From a bacterium (GTDB lineage: Bacteria; Patescibacteriota; Minisyncoccia; JACQLN01): 64,000 nt of DNA. Below the pieces are notes generated by a model. The model did not search any database. It worked only from the letters and a program-made list of their open reading frames with translations, and had not been told where the DNA came from. Of the stretch, positions 19,037-28,349 are shown piece after piece. Each line of letters opens with the position of its first letter. Positions within the stretch are counted from its first letter, which is position 1. A program made the position numbers and the translations under genes. The stretch spans positions 9,810 to 73,809 of the forward strand of contig JAUYOV010000007.1 of assembly GCA_030697795.1 (NCBI GenBank), read 5' to 3'.

Positions 19037-19367
19037 TGTGCTCTTATGCTAAATATGTGTAAGGCGACCTCTCTTTGTTTCTATTGGGGCTTTTCGCCTT
19101 ACTATCTATGCTTTGAGCATAAGACTCCGAAACTACGAGATATCTTACAACATCTTATTTATAAACTATTACAAACTTAAAAGCAACCCCGCTCTTGAAA
19201 AGTATATTTTCTCTGATTGCCTTCGGCAATACTTTTCAGGGACGGAGTTTGACCCAGCAGAGCAAATTTGACAAACAAGTTTATAAAGTGTAGTATGTAT
19301 CCAACAGTAACAGACAGTCCTTTCCCACAAAAAGTCGCGTATGACGCGATTAACCAAGGAGGTTAGT

Positions 19368-20120
19368 ATGAAGAAGTGTTTTATGATTCTCTCCGCGATA
19401 CTGATCGGACTGATCAGCTCGCCACCCGCACAAGCCAAGCTGATCCTGCCAAGCGATCTGGTCATCACCACCACAGAGATGGCCGGCACCGGGTTCTCCA
19501 TCGACCAGAAGGTTGAGGGCGATATCCTCACACTCACCTTTGATATCGTGGACAAGGCCGACATCAGAAATTTCGGCTTCGGTCTGAAGTTCGACCCCAA
19601 CGAATACAAGCTGGAACAAGTTGAGTCGGGCTTCATCATCAGTTCAGATAATCCCGACAACGTGTCTATCGGTAGTCTGTTCACGTTAAAGGACGTACCC
19701 AAAACCACCGTGATCACCTTGAGAAAAAAGGGAGACAAATGGGGTACCATCACTCCTCAAGAACTCAATGTGTTCACTAGTGGGAAACGAATACTCGCCT
19801 TCGAACCGGCGCCGTCCTTCGTACCGAAAGCATCGGCAATGCCGAAAGCGTTGACTCTGGGCAACTACCCCAACCCCTTCAACCCCGAGACCGAGATACG
19901 GTATAGTTTGCCCGCCGACGGTCTTGTCGAGTTGAAGATCTACAACATGGTCGGCCAGGTGGTACGCACATTGGTGAGCGGACACATGCCCGCCGGCGAA
20001 CACGTCATCAAGTGGAACGCTACCGACAATAGTGGCCAACCGATCGCCGGAGGCATCTACTTCTACAAGCTTACCTCGGGCGCCCAAACGGCCGTCCGTA
20101 GAATGCTTCTGCTGAAATAG
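19368..20120 (+). CDS. secreted protein with T9SS-type (Por) C-terminal sorting domain
   Basis: AAGGAGG RBS and signal peptide 'MKKCFMILSAILIGLISSPPAQA'. C-terminal 'NYPNPFNPETEIRYSLPADGLVELKIYNMVGQVVRTL...GIYFYKLTSG' matches the T9SS CTD consensus. The region is markedly GC-rich. Confidence 0.7.
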   Translation: MKKCFMILSAILIGLISSPPAQAKLILPSDLVITTTEMAGTGFSIDQKVEGDILTLTFDIVDKADIRNFGFGLKFDPNEYKLEQVESGFIISSDNPDNVSIGSLFTLKDVPKTTVITLRKKGDKWGTITPQELNVFTSGKRILAFEPAPSFVPKASAMPKALTLGNYPNPFNPETEIRYSLPADGLVELKIYNMVGQVVRTLVSGHMPAGEHVIKWNATDNSGQPIAGGIYFYKLTSGAQTAVRRMLLLK

Positions 20121-20221
20121 CATTCGCCCCCGAACTCTGAAGAGGGGGCGGCTGGTCCGATCAGATTTCCCCGACACCGTTCTAGCGGCATCAGGTTCGG
20201 GGGCATTAACCTCCACAACAA

Positions 20222-20258
20222 AGCGCTCCGATGCGAAGCATCGCGAGCGCTTTTTTAA
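20222..20258 (+). terminator. rho-independent terminator (AGCGCTCCGATGCGAAGCATCGCGAGCGCT + TTTTTT)
   Basis: Long GC-rich hairpin plus T-run, directly after the T9SS-CTD gene. Confidence 0.6.
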
Positions 20259-20315
20259 TATTTATCTAGGTCATTCTTCTATGTCCTTTGTAAAAAAACT
20301 TACTAACAACTTATC

Positions 20316-20349
20316 GTGTATTGAGCATACGATCGTATGCTCAATACAC
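20316..20349. repeat. 34-bp perfect palindrome GTGTATTGAGCATACGA|TCGTATGCTCAATACAC
   Basis: Perfect dyad between the GC-rich island and the ABC permease 3' end. Confidence 0.8.
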
Positions 20350-20387
20350 GCAGATTTTAAATCTTAATTTTTAGTTACTATATTCTA

Positions 20388-21176
20388 CTAATCCAACTTC
20401 ATCAACATCCCCTTCTCTTTTACTCTCGCAAACATTCTAGAGAAAAACCAAAGCACTAAAGCCAAGTAAAAAATATTCGTGCCGAAAGCCCAAAGTAAAT
20501 TATTAACCGGCAAGGTTCCGGTAGCAATTACGGCGCGCATACCTTCAAAAACGTGTGCCGAAGGTAAAATTTGAGCCACGTATTGCAAACTTGGCGGTAA
20601 AACCGAAACTGGGTAAAACACCGCGCTAAAGGGTTGTAATAAAAATACCAAACCAAAAGCCAAAACTTGAGCGGCACTGCCAAAGCGCAAAATTATGCCT
20701 GTGGTAAAAAAGCCTAAGGTCCAGCCAAAAATTAAAAGATTTAATATAAATGGAATTAAGTAGAACCCAAAATATAGTAAATTAAACTGATACAACCCCC
20801 AAGCTAAGCCAGCCATAACTGCGCCCACAATAACTATTCTTACTACAGCAATTAAAACACTGGAAATTAGAAACTCGCTTAAGCGCAAGGGTGAGACAAA
20901 AATATTTAATAGATTTCTCTCCCAAACTTCTTCTAAAAACGTAGTAGAAATAGCACGCTGTGACTGGCTCATTAAATCCCAGAAAATTATAGCGCCTAAA
21001 AGTATAGTTACCACATTGAGCCCACCAAAGCTCATTTTTTCTAAATATAAGCTCAAAAAACCCCACAGTAAAAGTTCTATAATCGGCCAAAAGAAAATAT
21101 CCATCAGCCTTGGCACACTGCGCTGGTATAAATACAAGTGACGGATTAATAAAGCGTTGATTCGGTGAAGTTTCAT
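20388..21176 (-). CDS. ABC-2 type transporter permease
   Basis: 262 aa with 6 TM helices. Adjacent to the ABC ATPase gene. Confidence 0.7.
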   Translation of the reverse strand: MKLHRINALLIRHLYLYQRSVPRLMDIFFWPIIELLLWGFLSLYLEKMSFGGLNVVTILLGAIIFWDLMSQSQRAISTTFLEEVWERNLLNIFVSPLRLSEFLISSVLIAVVRIVIVGAVMAGLAWGLYQFNLLYFGFYLIPFILNLLIFGWTLGFFTTGIILRFGSAAQVLAFGLVFLLQPFSAVFYPVSVLPPSLQYVAQILPSAHVFEGMRAVIATGTLPVNNLLWAFGTNIFYLALVLWFFSRMFARVKEKGMLMKLD

Positions 21177-21235
21177 AATTTAGAAATTTAGTAGATAGAA
21201 TGTAGAATGTAGTTTTCTTAACAACTTTCCACTTT

Positions 21236-21970
21236 CTACTTACTATCATCTAGATTTTCCCTCGCTATCGCAATAAAAAGATCATTTAAATCCTTGTGTC
21301 CATATTTTTTAACCAATTCATCCGGCGTGCCATCGTCTTTTAATTTCCCTTTTTGAATAAATATTACACGGTCGCAAATTTCTTCTACCTCCATCATATT
21401 ATGCGAAGTGTATAAAATAGTAAGCCCTTTCTCTTTTTTAATTTTACACAGAAGCTGGCGAGTTCTATCGGCAATATCAGGATCAAGCGAAGCGGTAGGC
21501 TCATCTAAAAGCAAAAGTTTAGGATCGTTGAGCAAGGCTTTGGTTAAATTAAGCCGAGTTAGTTGACCAGTTGATAATTGCGAAGTCATTTTGCCTAAAA
21601 ACTCCCGAATACCAAAAAAATCAGCTAATTCGTCTATTTTAGCTTTGATATTTTTAACTCCATACAAGCGTGCAAATGTAGCCAAGTTCTCCCAAACTTT
21701 TAAATTGCCCGGTAAATTAACATAGGGCGAAGAAAAATTTATTTGGTTTAATATTTTCTCGCGGCTATGTTTCATATCTAAACCAAATATTTCTATAGCG
21801 CCGCTCGTCGGTGTAACTAAATCCAAAATCATTTGTATGGTGGTGGTTTTACCCGCACCATTTGGCCCCAGTAAACCAGTTATAGTTCCCTCTGCCACAC
21901 CAAAAGATAAATTATCAACGGCTGTTACCCCGTTGAATTTTTTAACTAAGTTTTTTATTTCTAATATCAT
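21236..21970 (-). CDS. ABC transporter ATP-binding protein
   Basis: Walker A 'GPNGAGKTT', signature 'LSTGQ', Walker B 'LLLLDEPT'. Confidence 0.85.
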   Translation of the reverse strand: MILEIKNLVKKFNGVTAVDNLSFGVAEGTITGLLGPNGAGKTTTIQMILDLVTPTSGAIEIFGLDMKHSREKILNQINFSSPYVNLPGNLKVWENLATFARLYGVKNIKAKIDELADFFGIREFLGKMTSQLSTGQLTRLNLTKALLNDPKLLLLDEPTASLDPDIADRTRQLLCKIKKEKGLTILYTSHNMMEVEEICDRVIFIQKGKLKDDGTPDELVKKYGHKDLNDLFIAIARENLDDSK

Positions 21971-22189
21971 TGGTGTTCTATTCTACTATTTATCAAACTA
22001 AAAAGACAAGTTTTTGTTTTCGCGAGCGAAAATTGTTTGAATTTTCAACCCACCACTATTAGAGAATATTCCTACCTAATCTTTAACCACTAGTCAATTT
22101 TATATACAAATTGTAATTTTTTATCTTTGTTCCACTACTTCAGGACTAGTAAAAGTGACCCTCCTCATTTTTAAAATAAGAATACATAT

Positions 22190-22242
22190 GCTAACTATAG
22201 TATGTAGAACTAAAACCAGCAAAAACATATACTATAGTTAGC
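22190..22242 (+). promoter_or_regulatory. C-box-like operator: 14-bp inverted arms GCTAACTATAGTAT / ATACTATAGTTAGC, each containing the palindrome ACTATAGT, about 25 bp apart
   Basis: Lies 18-70 bp upstream of the controller-protein start, the usual position for C-protein autoregulatory sites. Confidence 0.5.
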
Positions 22243-22259
22243 TAATATAGGGAAAAGCT

Positions 22260-22481
22260 ATGCACAATAAAATTGAACTACTAGAAAAATTTGGCAAAAA
22301 GATTAGGGAAGAAAGATTTAAAAGAGGTTTTTCACAGGAAGAACTTGCTATTAGAACAGGTGTTCACCGCACTTATATTGGTATGATAGAAAGAGGGGAG
22401 AAAAATATCACCCTAATCAATATAAAAAAAATTGCAAAAGCTTTTGATTTGACAATTGATAAACTTTTAACTAATTTATAA
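22260..22481 (+). CDS. XRE-family HTH controller (C) protein of an R-M system
   Basis: 73-aa Cro/C1-type HTH. Stop codon abuts the ATG of the next gene. Convergent MTase follows. Confidence 0.65.
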   Translation: MHNKIELLEKFGKKIREERFKRGFSQEELAIRTGVHRTYIGMIERGEKNITLINIKKIAKAFDLTIDKLLTNL

Positions 22482-23180
22482 ATGGATATAAAAAAGTTAG
22501 AAAATCTTATTAATGACGAGATGGACAAGGTGATCTTGAAAATAGTAAATGATTTTCAAGAACTTAATATATCAGCCAAATCAAGGGCTGGAGCAGAAAT
22601 AAGTGATTTTCTTGAAGATAGGTTTGTTGAATATACGAAAAGCAATAAATTCTTTACGAAATCTGAAAAATCACCAAAGGGTGCTACAAAAAATCCATGG
22701 GACGCTAAAACAGTTTTCTGCTTAAATAATCTTCAAGAAACAATCTGGATTGATTTTAAGGCATTAAAAACTTCTAGCAAAGACAGTAATCCTGATATTG
22801 GAACTCCAAATAAAATAGTTAGCTTTATCAAAGAAGGTAATTTTTATCTCCTTTATGTTTATGTTTTTTATGAAGAAACAAAAAAGGGATTAAAGTTCGT
22901 AAAGATAAATGGTGATTATATAAAATCTTATTTTTTGAAAGATATTAGCCATACCTTTCGAAGAAACCCCAAAAATCAATTGCAGGTAAATATATCAGAA
23001 TTACCAGAATATCGCACAAGAAAAGATTTTATCAAGCTATTAGTAAAGAAAATTAAAGAATCACATGAACGACAAATAAAAAATTCTGGCAAGGCTCTAA
23101 AAAATTTACCAGAGGAAGAAAAAATATTATTAAAAAAGAATAAAGAATCAGAAGCTAAGATTTTAAAAAATCTGAAATAG
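22482..23180 (+). CDS. putative type II restriction endonuclease
   Basis: Position is between the C protein and the MTase. Very low GC. No motif confidently recognised. Confidence 0.4.
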   Translation: MDIKKLENLINDEMDKVILKIVNDFQELNISAKSRAGAEISDFLEDRFVEYTKSNKFFTKSEKSPKGATKNPWDAKTVFCLNNLQETIWIDFKALKTSSKDSNPDIGTPNKIVSFIKEGNFYLLYVYVFYEETKKGLKFVKINGDYIKSYFLKDISHTFRRNPKNQLQVNISELPEYRTRKDFIKLLVKKIKESHERQIKNSGKALKNLPEEEKILLKKNKESEAKILKNLK

Positions 23181-24876
23181 AATTTTTTACAAAAACAACT
23201 TCTTCTGTGTTCAAATCATAAAACTCATAAATTAACAGGTTAAGTTTATTTTCTAGCTCCTCTTTATCTGTATAGTCTCTGTAGACTCTTTCAACAATGT
23301 TGCAAATTTTTTCTTGCAATTTGATATCGTCAGGAATTGGCATAGAATATAAATCAGAAATTTTTATCTGAGGCTGTTTACCCTTTCTATAGCGAATAAT
23401 TTCCATTTTTTGTGCATAAAAAGTAGCAATCATAGAATTCAAATAACCACACAAAAAATTAAGATAATCTTTTGTTTTTTTATCTCCTTTTTTCAAAGAA
23501 AACACATATAAGCTGTTATTGGCGGAACTCGGGTTTTTATCATAAGTGCAAATAATTTCCTTAGCTGATTGTCTTATAAATATCTTGGGATTATCATATA
23601 CCAAAAAATCACCCAATCCAATTCTTTTTTTATTTTTTATTCCTTTTTTAATAAGTTCTTCTTTCAAATCGTCATTAATTTTATCTTGTAATTTTTTATC
23701 GTAGTAAAAATATTTATCAGAAAAAAGAATACAATATTTATCATAAAGTGCTTTCGATCCTTGATAATATTTATAGTTTTTATAACCTCTTTCATTGTTT
23801 TGCTCTACGCTAACAAATTTATTTTCCATATCCAGCAACATTGTGCATGTTCTAAGTTCTTTCTTAGGAAATTGATCTTTGAGAGTTCTAGATGATTTTT
23901 TGTTAATTTTATCTAGAATATTTTGGGCAATATTCGAAAAATTAAGTCTAAATTTATATTCATCATTTTCATTCAGCCAAGCGGTTTGATTAATTTCTTG
24001 TAGTTCTTCGGTAAAAAAGTTTCTTACCTTCACAACATTTTTTTTATCAAATTTATTTTCTATTTTAATTATTAGCTGCCCACTTGCAACACCATCAAAA
24101 CTTGAAATATTGTTTTCTATTGTATTGATTTTGGTATTTTCTAATAGATATTTCCGTGTGTATTTGTAGGCTGTTTCAAAAAAAGATATATCAATAATAA
24201 AAGCAAGTTTCCCATTTCTTTTAAGATAATCTAAGCTATGTTCGAGAAAAAGCATTACATAATTAATTTTTCCGTTTTTTAAACTTTTTGGAAATTGTCT
24301 ATACTGACTTAAATAATTTACTCTTTGCATCTCATCCCTCTTTTGATCTCTTCTTCCGTATAACGTTACGTAAGGAGGATTGCCAATAACATAATCCATA
24401 CTTTCTAAAATAAGCTCAAGATCTTTATTTTTTGTTTTGTTAAATTCAAATAAAGTAAGATCATTTTTTACTTTTTCAGTAAAATCATATATAAAGGCAT
24501 TGAACTTACCTTTGTATTTCTCACCAAAAAAACTATCATATAAATCTGATATATTTTCTTTTGTCCTTTTTATCATTTCTGGGTCGATATCAATGAAATA
24601 TAAACCATTCTCAATAAAATACCGAATTTTTTCTTTATCTGGGCAACATTGATATATTCTTTCAAGCATTCTTAATAAAAAAATTCCACTACCAACTGCT
24701 GGCTCTAATATTTTTTTGTTTATAATTCCATCTTTAAATTCAATAATATCAAGAATAGAATCAATAATATTTATTTCATTAGTAAAAAAGACCCCATTAT
24801 TCTTTTTAAATTTGTAAGATAACTGATCTTGATAATTTATTTGTTTTTTTATTGTTTTTAAAATTATTTGATTCAT
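23155..24876 (-). CDS. N6-adenine DNA methyltransferase (gamma-class)
   Basis: Motif I 'EPAVGSGIFL' and motif IV 'GNPPYV'. Start moved to the internal 'MNQIIL' so that it no longer overlaps the divergent OLD gene. Confidence 0.8.
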   Translation of the reverse strand: MNQIILKTIKKQINYQDQLSYKFKKNNGVFFTNEINIIDSILDIIEFKDGIINKKILEPAVGSGIFLLRMLERIYQCCPDKEKIRYFIENGLYFIDIDPEMIKRTKENISDLYDSFFGEKYKGKFNAFIYDFTEKVKNDLTLFEFNKTKNKDLELILESMDYVIGNPPYVTLYGRRDQKRDEMQRVNYLSQYRQFPKSLKNGKINYVMLFLEHSLDYLKRNGKLAFIIDISFFETAYKYTRKYLLENTKINTIENNISSFDGVASGQLIIKIENKFDKKNVVKVRNFFTEELQEINQTAWLNENDEYKFRLNFSNIAQNILDKINKKSSRTLKDQFPKKELRTCTMLLDMENKFVSVEQNNERGYKNYKYYQGSKALYDKYCILFSDKYFYYDKKLQDKINDDLKEELIKKGIKNKKRIGLGDFLVYDNPKIFIRQSAKEIICTYDKNPSSANNSLYVFSLKKGDKKTKDYLNFLCGYLNSMIATFYAQKMEIIRYRKGKQPQIKISDLYSMPIPDDIKLQEKICNIVERVYRDYTDKEELENKLNLLIYEFYDLNTEEVVFVKNSISDFLKS

Positions 24877-24947
24877 GTGTTTAGGAATATTTAAATATTT
24901 GCTAATCTTAGTATACAGGGCTATAATAAAAAATACAAACACTATAA

Positions 24948-26708
24948 TTGGCAAAAAATATGAGGATTACTAAGCTTATCATAAAAAATTATCGGAGTTT
25001 TGACTCCGTGGGGCAGAAAATTTTGTTCCCTGCTTTCCACTCTGCCCTTGTAGGCAAGAATAACTCAGGAAAAACAAACATCTTTAATGCGCTAAATTTA
25101 GTTTTGGGTAACAAAAATCCAGCTTATTTAAGATTTGAAAAAGATGATTATTTTGATTCTAATAAGCCAATAGAAATACAAGCCATGATTTCAGATATTA
25201 CTGCAACAGACAAGAGTCATATCTTTTCCATTCCAAACCTTACCAAACAACAGCAAGGTGCTTTAAATAGCAAAGTCAGTGACGGTACAGCGGATATTAC
25301 TTTTCTACTCAGAAAGAACTATGAATATCTTCCTCTGGATGATTCGGATGAAGAATCAGAAAGTAGTCAGGATACTTTTGAAATAAAACTTTGGGGATTT
25401 AATGTTTTTAGAAAGAAAGAAGATGTTAGAAAATCAGTAATAAAAATGTTAATGGTTCCCGCAATAAGAGATTATCAAGATGAGCTTTCAGCTTCCAAGT
25501 GGACGGCATATGGTCAATTAATGAAGGAGGTTTTGGAAAACTCACCCCATTACTCCAATATAAAAACTGATCTTTCAAATCTAAATATAAAAATTCAGCA
25601 GGTTTTTGAAACAGAAAAAACAAAATTACTCGAAGGAGCACAAATAGTATCATACGTTGACGATATAAATTTTCAATTAACAAAAGATGATAGTCCGTCG
25701 GAACTATTGAGAAATCTGGAAATATTTATAACAGAAGGGTCAAAAAAGTTTAATATCGAATATGTTGGAACAGGCACGCAGAATGCAATAATTATTGGAA
25801 TTTTAGAGTTAGCATTAAAAAATAAGAGTTCAAAGATTAAACTTTTCTGCATTGAAGAACCAGAAGCTTTCATACATCCTCACGGAATCAGATATTTGGG
25901 TTCGCTGATAAAAAATATATCAAAAGACCAAAATACTCAGATTTTAGTATCCACACATTCCTTGTCCCTGACGGCTAATTTTGCTCCAAATGAAATTATT
26001 AGGGTAGATAAAACATATGGAAAAACTGTCATCAAGCAAGATGTATCAATAGGCAACACTCATTTTAGAAGATTTATTCATCAGGATAATGCTGAAATAT
26101 TTTTTAGCGACAGAGTTCTCTTTATTGAAGGACCAACAGAAAAACACTTGTTTGGAAATCTTGATAAGCTGACAAAGTTAAATCCAGCCGACCCAAATGG
26201 TATAAATTGCAATTTTGATCGAATTAATCTTGGTGTAATCAGGCTTGATTCTATCAATTCCATTGTGAATTACATAAAAATTGCGGAGGCTTTTAGCATT
26301 CCTTATTCAGCCATAGTAGATAGAGATTTTATTGATGATCCGAGCAAACAAAATAAATGTAAGGAATTATGCTCAGAGGTGGGGGCAAGCTATCAGACGT
26401 CAGATAAAGTAAAATTAATCAGTGATTTGAAAGCAAAAAATATTGTCGTAAATAGCAAAGGAGAAATTGAGGATATATTTTCTGATCAAGAAATTACAAG
26501 TATCACAGGCAAACAAATTGCAGATATTCAAGCAATAAAATCTAGACACACCAAAACTAGTAAAGCTTTCAAGGAAATTTTTGGGGTTGGAAAAGCTGAA
26601 TATGCAATTGTTATAGCTGATTTTTATTCTCAAAATACTCAAACACACCCGCTTGATGATATTATTAGAAAAATTTACAATAATAATATACTAAATATAA
26701 ATATTTAA
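24948..26708 (+). CDS. OLD-family ATP-dependent endonuclease (ABC-ATPase + TOPRIM)
   Basis: Walker A 'GKNNSGKTN', 'IEEPEAFIHPH' and 'STHS' motifs. C-terminal TOPRIM 'LFIEGPTEKHLF'. No UvrD-like partner gene adjacent. Confidence 0.7.
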   Translation: MAKNMRITKLIIKNYRSFDSVGQKILFPAFHSALVGKNNSGKTNIFNALNLVLGNKNPAYLRFEKDDYFDSNKPIEIQAMISDITATDKSHIFSIPNLTKQQQGALNSKVSDGTADITFLLRKNYEYLPLDDSDEESESSQDTFEIKLWGFNVFRKKEDVRKSVIKMLMVPAIRDYQDELSASKWTAYGQLMKEVLENSPHYSNIKTDLSNLNIKIQQVFETEKTKLLEGAQIVSYVDDINFQLTKDDSPSELLRNLEIFITEGSKKFNIEYVGTGTQNAIIIGILELALKNKSSKIKLFCIEEPEAFIHPHGIRYLGSLIKNISKDQNTQILVSTHSLSLTANFAPNEIIRVDKTYGKTVIKQDVSIGNTHFRRFIHQDNAEIFFSDRVLFIEGPTEKHLFGNLDKLTKLNPADPNGINCNFDRINLGVIRLDSINSIVNYIKIAEAFSIPYSAIVDRDFIDDPSKQNKCKELCSEVGASYQTSDKVKLISDLKAKNIVVNSKGEIEDIFSDQEITSITGKQIADIQAIKSRHTKTSKAFKEIFGVGKAEYAIVIADFYSQNTQTHPLDDIIRKIYNNNILNINI

Positions 26709-26726
26709 AAAAACTTGTCGCAATAT

Positions 26727-28097
26727 TTAATGTCCATTCCCCCAGCCGAATAATTTACCCACCATTTCGGGAGTTTCGCGTTTGCGAGCAATTTTTATTA
26801 TACCGTCTTGAGCAATAAGTTTAGCCGGCGAAGACAGCAAACAATGATGCGAAGCCAAAGCATCTTGATATGCGCCCGAATCAAAAAACGCCACATACTG
26901 GTTTTCATCTTCTTTTAATTTTGGCAGAAGCACATAAGCTCCGCCTTCAGTATATTTATCGTCCGAATCACACGAACTCCCGGCGAGCCACACTCTTTTA
27001 AAATCGCCCCTGTTAGCATTGTTAACCGGCGTCACGTGCCATTTTTGTTTTATAGCCCAAGTGTCTAAAAGATCATTCATAAAACTGCCGTCTATTATAT
27101 ACCACGCATTGGCATTACCTTTGGGGATTGGTTTTTCGGCAATAATTTTATAAATAGTAACTTGGGCCGGTGCCACAATATATCTGCCCCATTCCACAAT
27201 TATGTTGGGATGTTTGATGCCAGCTTTATCCGCCATCTTTTTTATTAAACTTACAACATTTTTAGTAACAGCTTTGGCCGTATAGAATTTTTTCTTTTCG
27301 TAATTAATGCCAAAGCCCCCGCCCATATCTATGGTATCCAGCGCTGGATTTTTTCGGGCCAGTTCAATGTAAACCTCCATCGCCCGCTTGAGAGTTGAAA
27401 GAATACTTTTTTGCGAATTCATCTGCGAACCAATGTGGTAATGTAAAATTTTAAAATTCTTTACCGGCGGCAAACTTAAAATTTGATCCTCGCTTAAACC
27501 AAACCTATCTATTTTTTTATTCCAGTGCGTATCGGCTTTAACATTAAGATTCACTCGTATGCCAATATCCCCCTTAAATTTATGGAGTGTCTTTAGTTCG
27601 ACCTCATCTTCCACTATGGGAAAAATGGCCAGTCCCTTAGAGTGAAGATCGTTGATAAGTTTTAGATAATCATCGGCTTTGGGGCCGTTGCACAACACCC
27701 GCAATTTAGCGTGAAATTTCTCGCCTTCCCATAGTTTTTTTATTAACCAAAGCTCATTGACCGAACCTACTTCCATATGCGCCCCCTCCGAAATCAAAGG
27801 CAAAACAAATTCCTTGTTCTGGTTCACCTTCATCGGGTAATGATAAAAAAACTTGCCTTTATAATTTTGAATTTTTATAAAGGCATTAAAATAGTCGCGC
27901 AAATCGGACAATCTTTTTTCTAAAACAAATGGAAAAACCACTTCTAAGGGTGAGCCGTATTTTTTTACCAAAGAATGCAAATTAAAAACATAATTGCCCT
28001 CGTTAACCAAAAGCTCCCCGTTTTTTGTAACATCAAAAAATTCGGTATTAAATTCTTCCACGCCCAACTTCCAATACTTTCTCCAGTTTTTACTCAT
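26727..28097 (-). CDS. fold-III PLP-dependent decarboxylase (Orn/Arg/DAP/carboxynorspermidine decarboxylase family)
   Basis: 'HYHIGSQ', 'GGGFGI', 'EWGRYIVAP' and 'SSCDSDD' motifs. Confidence 0.6.
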   Translation of the reverse strand: MSKNWRKYWKLGVEEFNTEFFDVTKNGELLVNEGNYVFNLHSLVKKYGSPLEVVFPFVLEKRLSDLRDYFNAFIKIQNYKGKFFYHYPMKVNQNKEFVLPLISEGAHMEVGSVNELWLIKKLWEGEKFHAKLRVLCNGPKADDYLKLINDLHSKGLAIFPIVEDEVELKTLHKFKGDIGIRVNLNVKADTHWNKKIDRFGLSEDQILSLPPVKNFKILHYHIGSQMNSQKSILSTLKRAMEVYIELARKNPALDTIDMGGGFGINYEKKKFYTAKAVTKNVVSLIKKMADKAGIKHPNIIVEWGRYIVAPAQVTIYKIIAEKPIPKGNANAWYIIDGSFMNDLLDTWAIKQKWHVTPVNNANRGDFKRVWLAGSSCDSDDKYTEGGAYVLLPKLKEDENQYVAFFDSGAYQDALASHHCLLSSPAKLIAQDGIIKIARKRETPEMVGKLFGWGNGH

Positions 28098-28338
28098 TTA
28101 CATATTTAAACCTCGGCATTATCTTTCCGTTTATTTTAACCTTTTCTAAAAACATATTAAACGGCCGAACCCAAATACCACGCTCGCCATATAACGCTTG
28201 ATATACTACCAACTCTTCTAAGGTTTCACTATGTCTAGCAATGTTTATAACCCTATACCTATTCCCTTTGTAATGTTCGTACTCCCCCAACTTTAAAGTC
28301 TTGGCTTTTTTAGAAAAGGGTTTTAATTTTTTATTCAT
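28090..28338 (-). CDS. DUF1653 family protein
   Basis: 'YEHYKGNRYRV...HSETLEELVVYQALYG...WVRP' pattern. Confidence 0.5.
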   Translation of the reverse strand: MNKKLKPFSKKAKTLKLGEYEHYKGNRYRVINIARHSETLEELVVYQALYGERGIWVRPFNMFLEKVKINGKIMPRFKYVNE

Positions 28339-28349
28339 ACTTTAAATTA

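Noticed and set aside
19169-20216. Minus-strand ORFs 19169-19753 and 19686-20216, and ORF 19350-19619, inside the GC-rich island
   Set aside because: They overlap the well-supported T9SS-CTD gene and lack RBS or domains. Long spurious ORFs are expected on the opposite strand of GC-rich DNA.
24948-24954. Divergent overlap of MTase (annotated start 24954) and OLD nuclease (start 24948) start codons
   Set aside because: Resolved by using the internal in-frame ATG of the MTase (24876). This leaves a 70-bp divergent promoter region.
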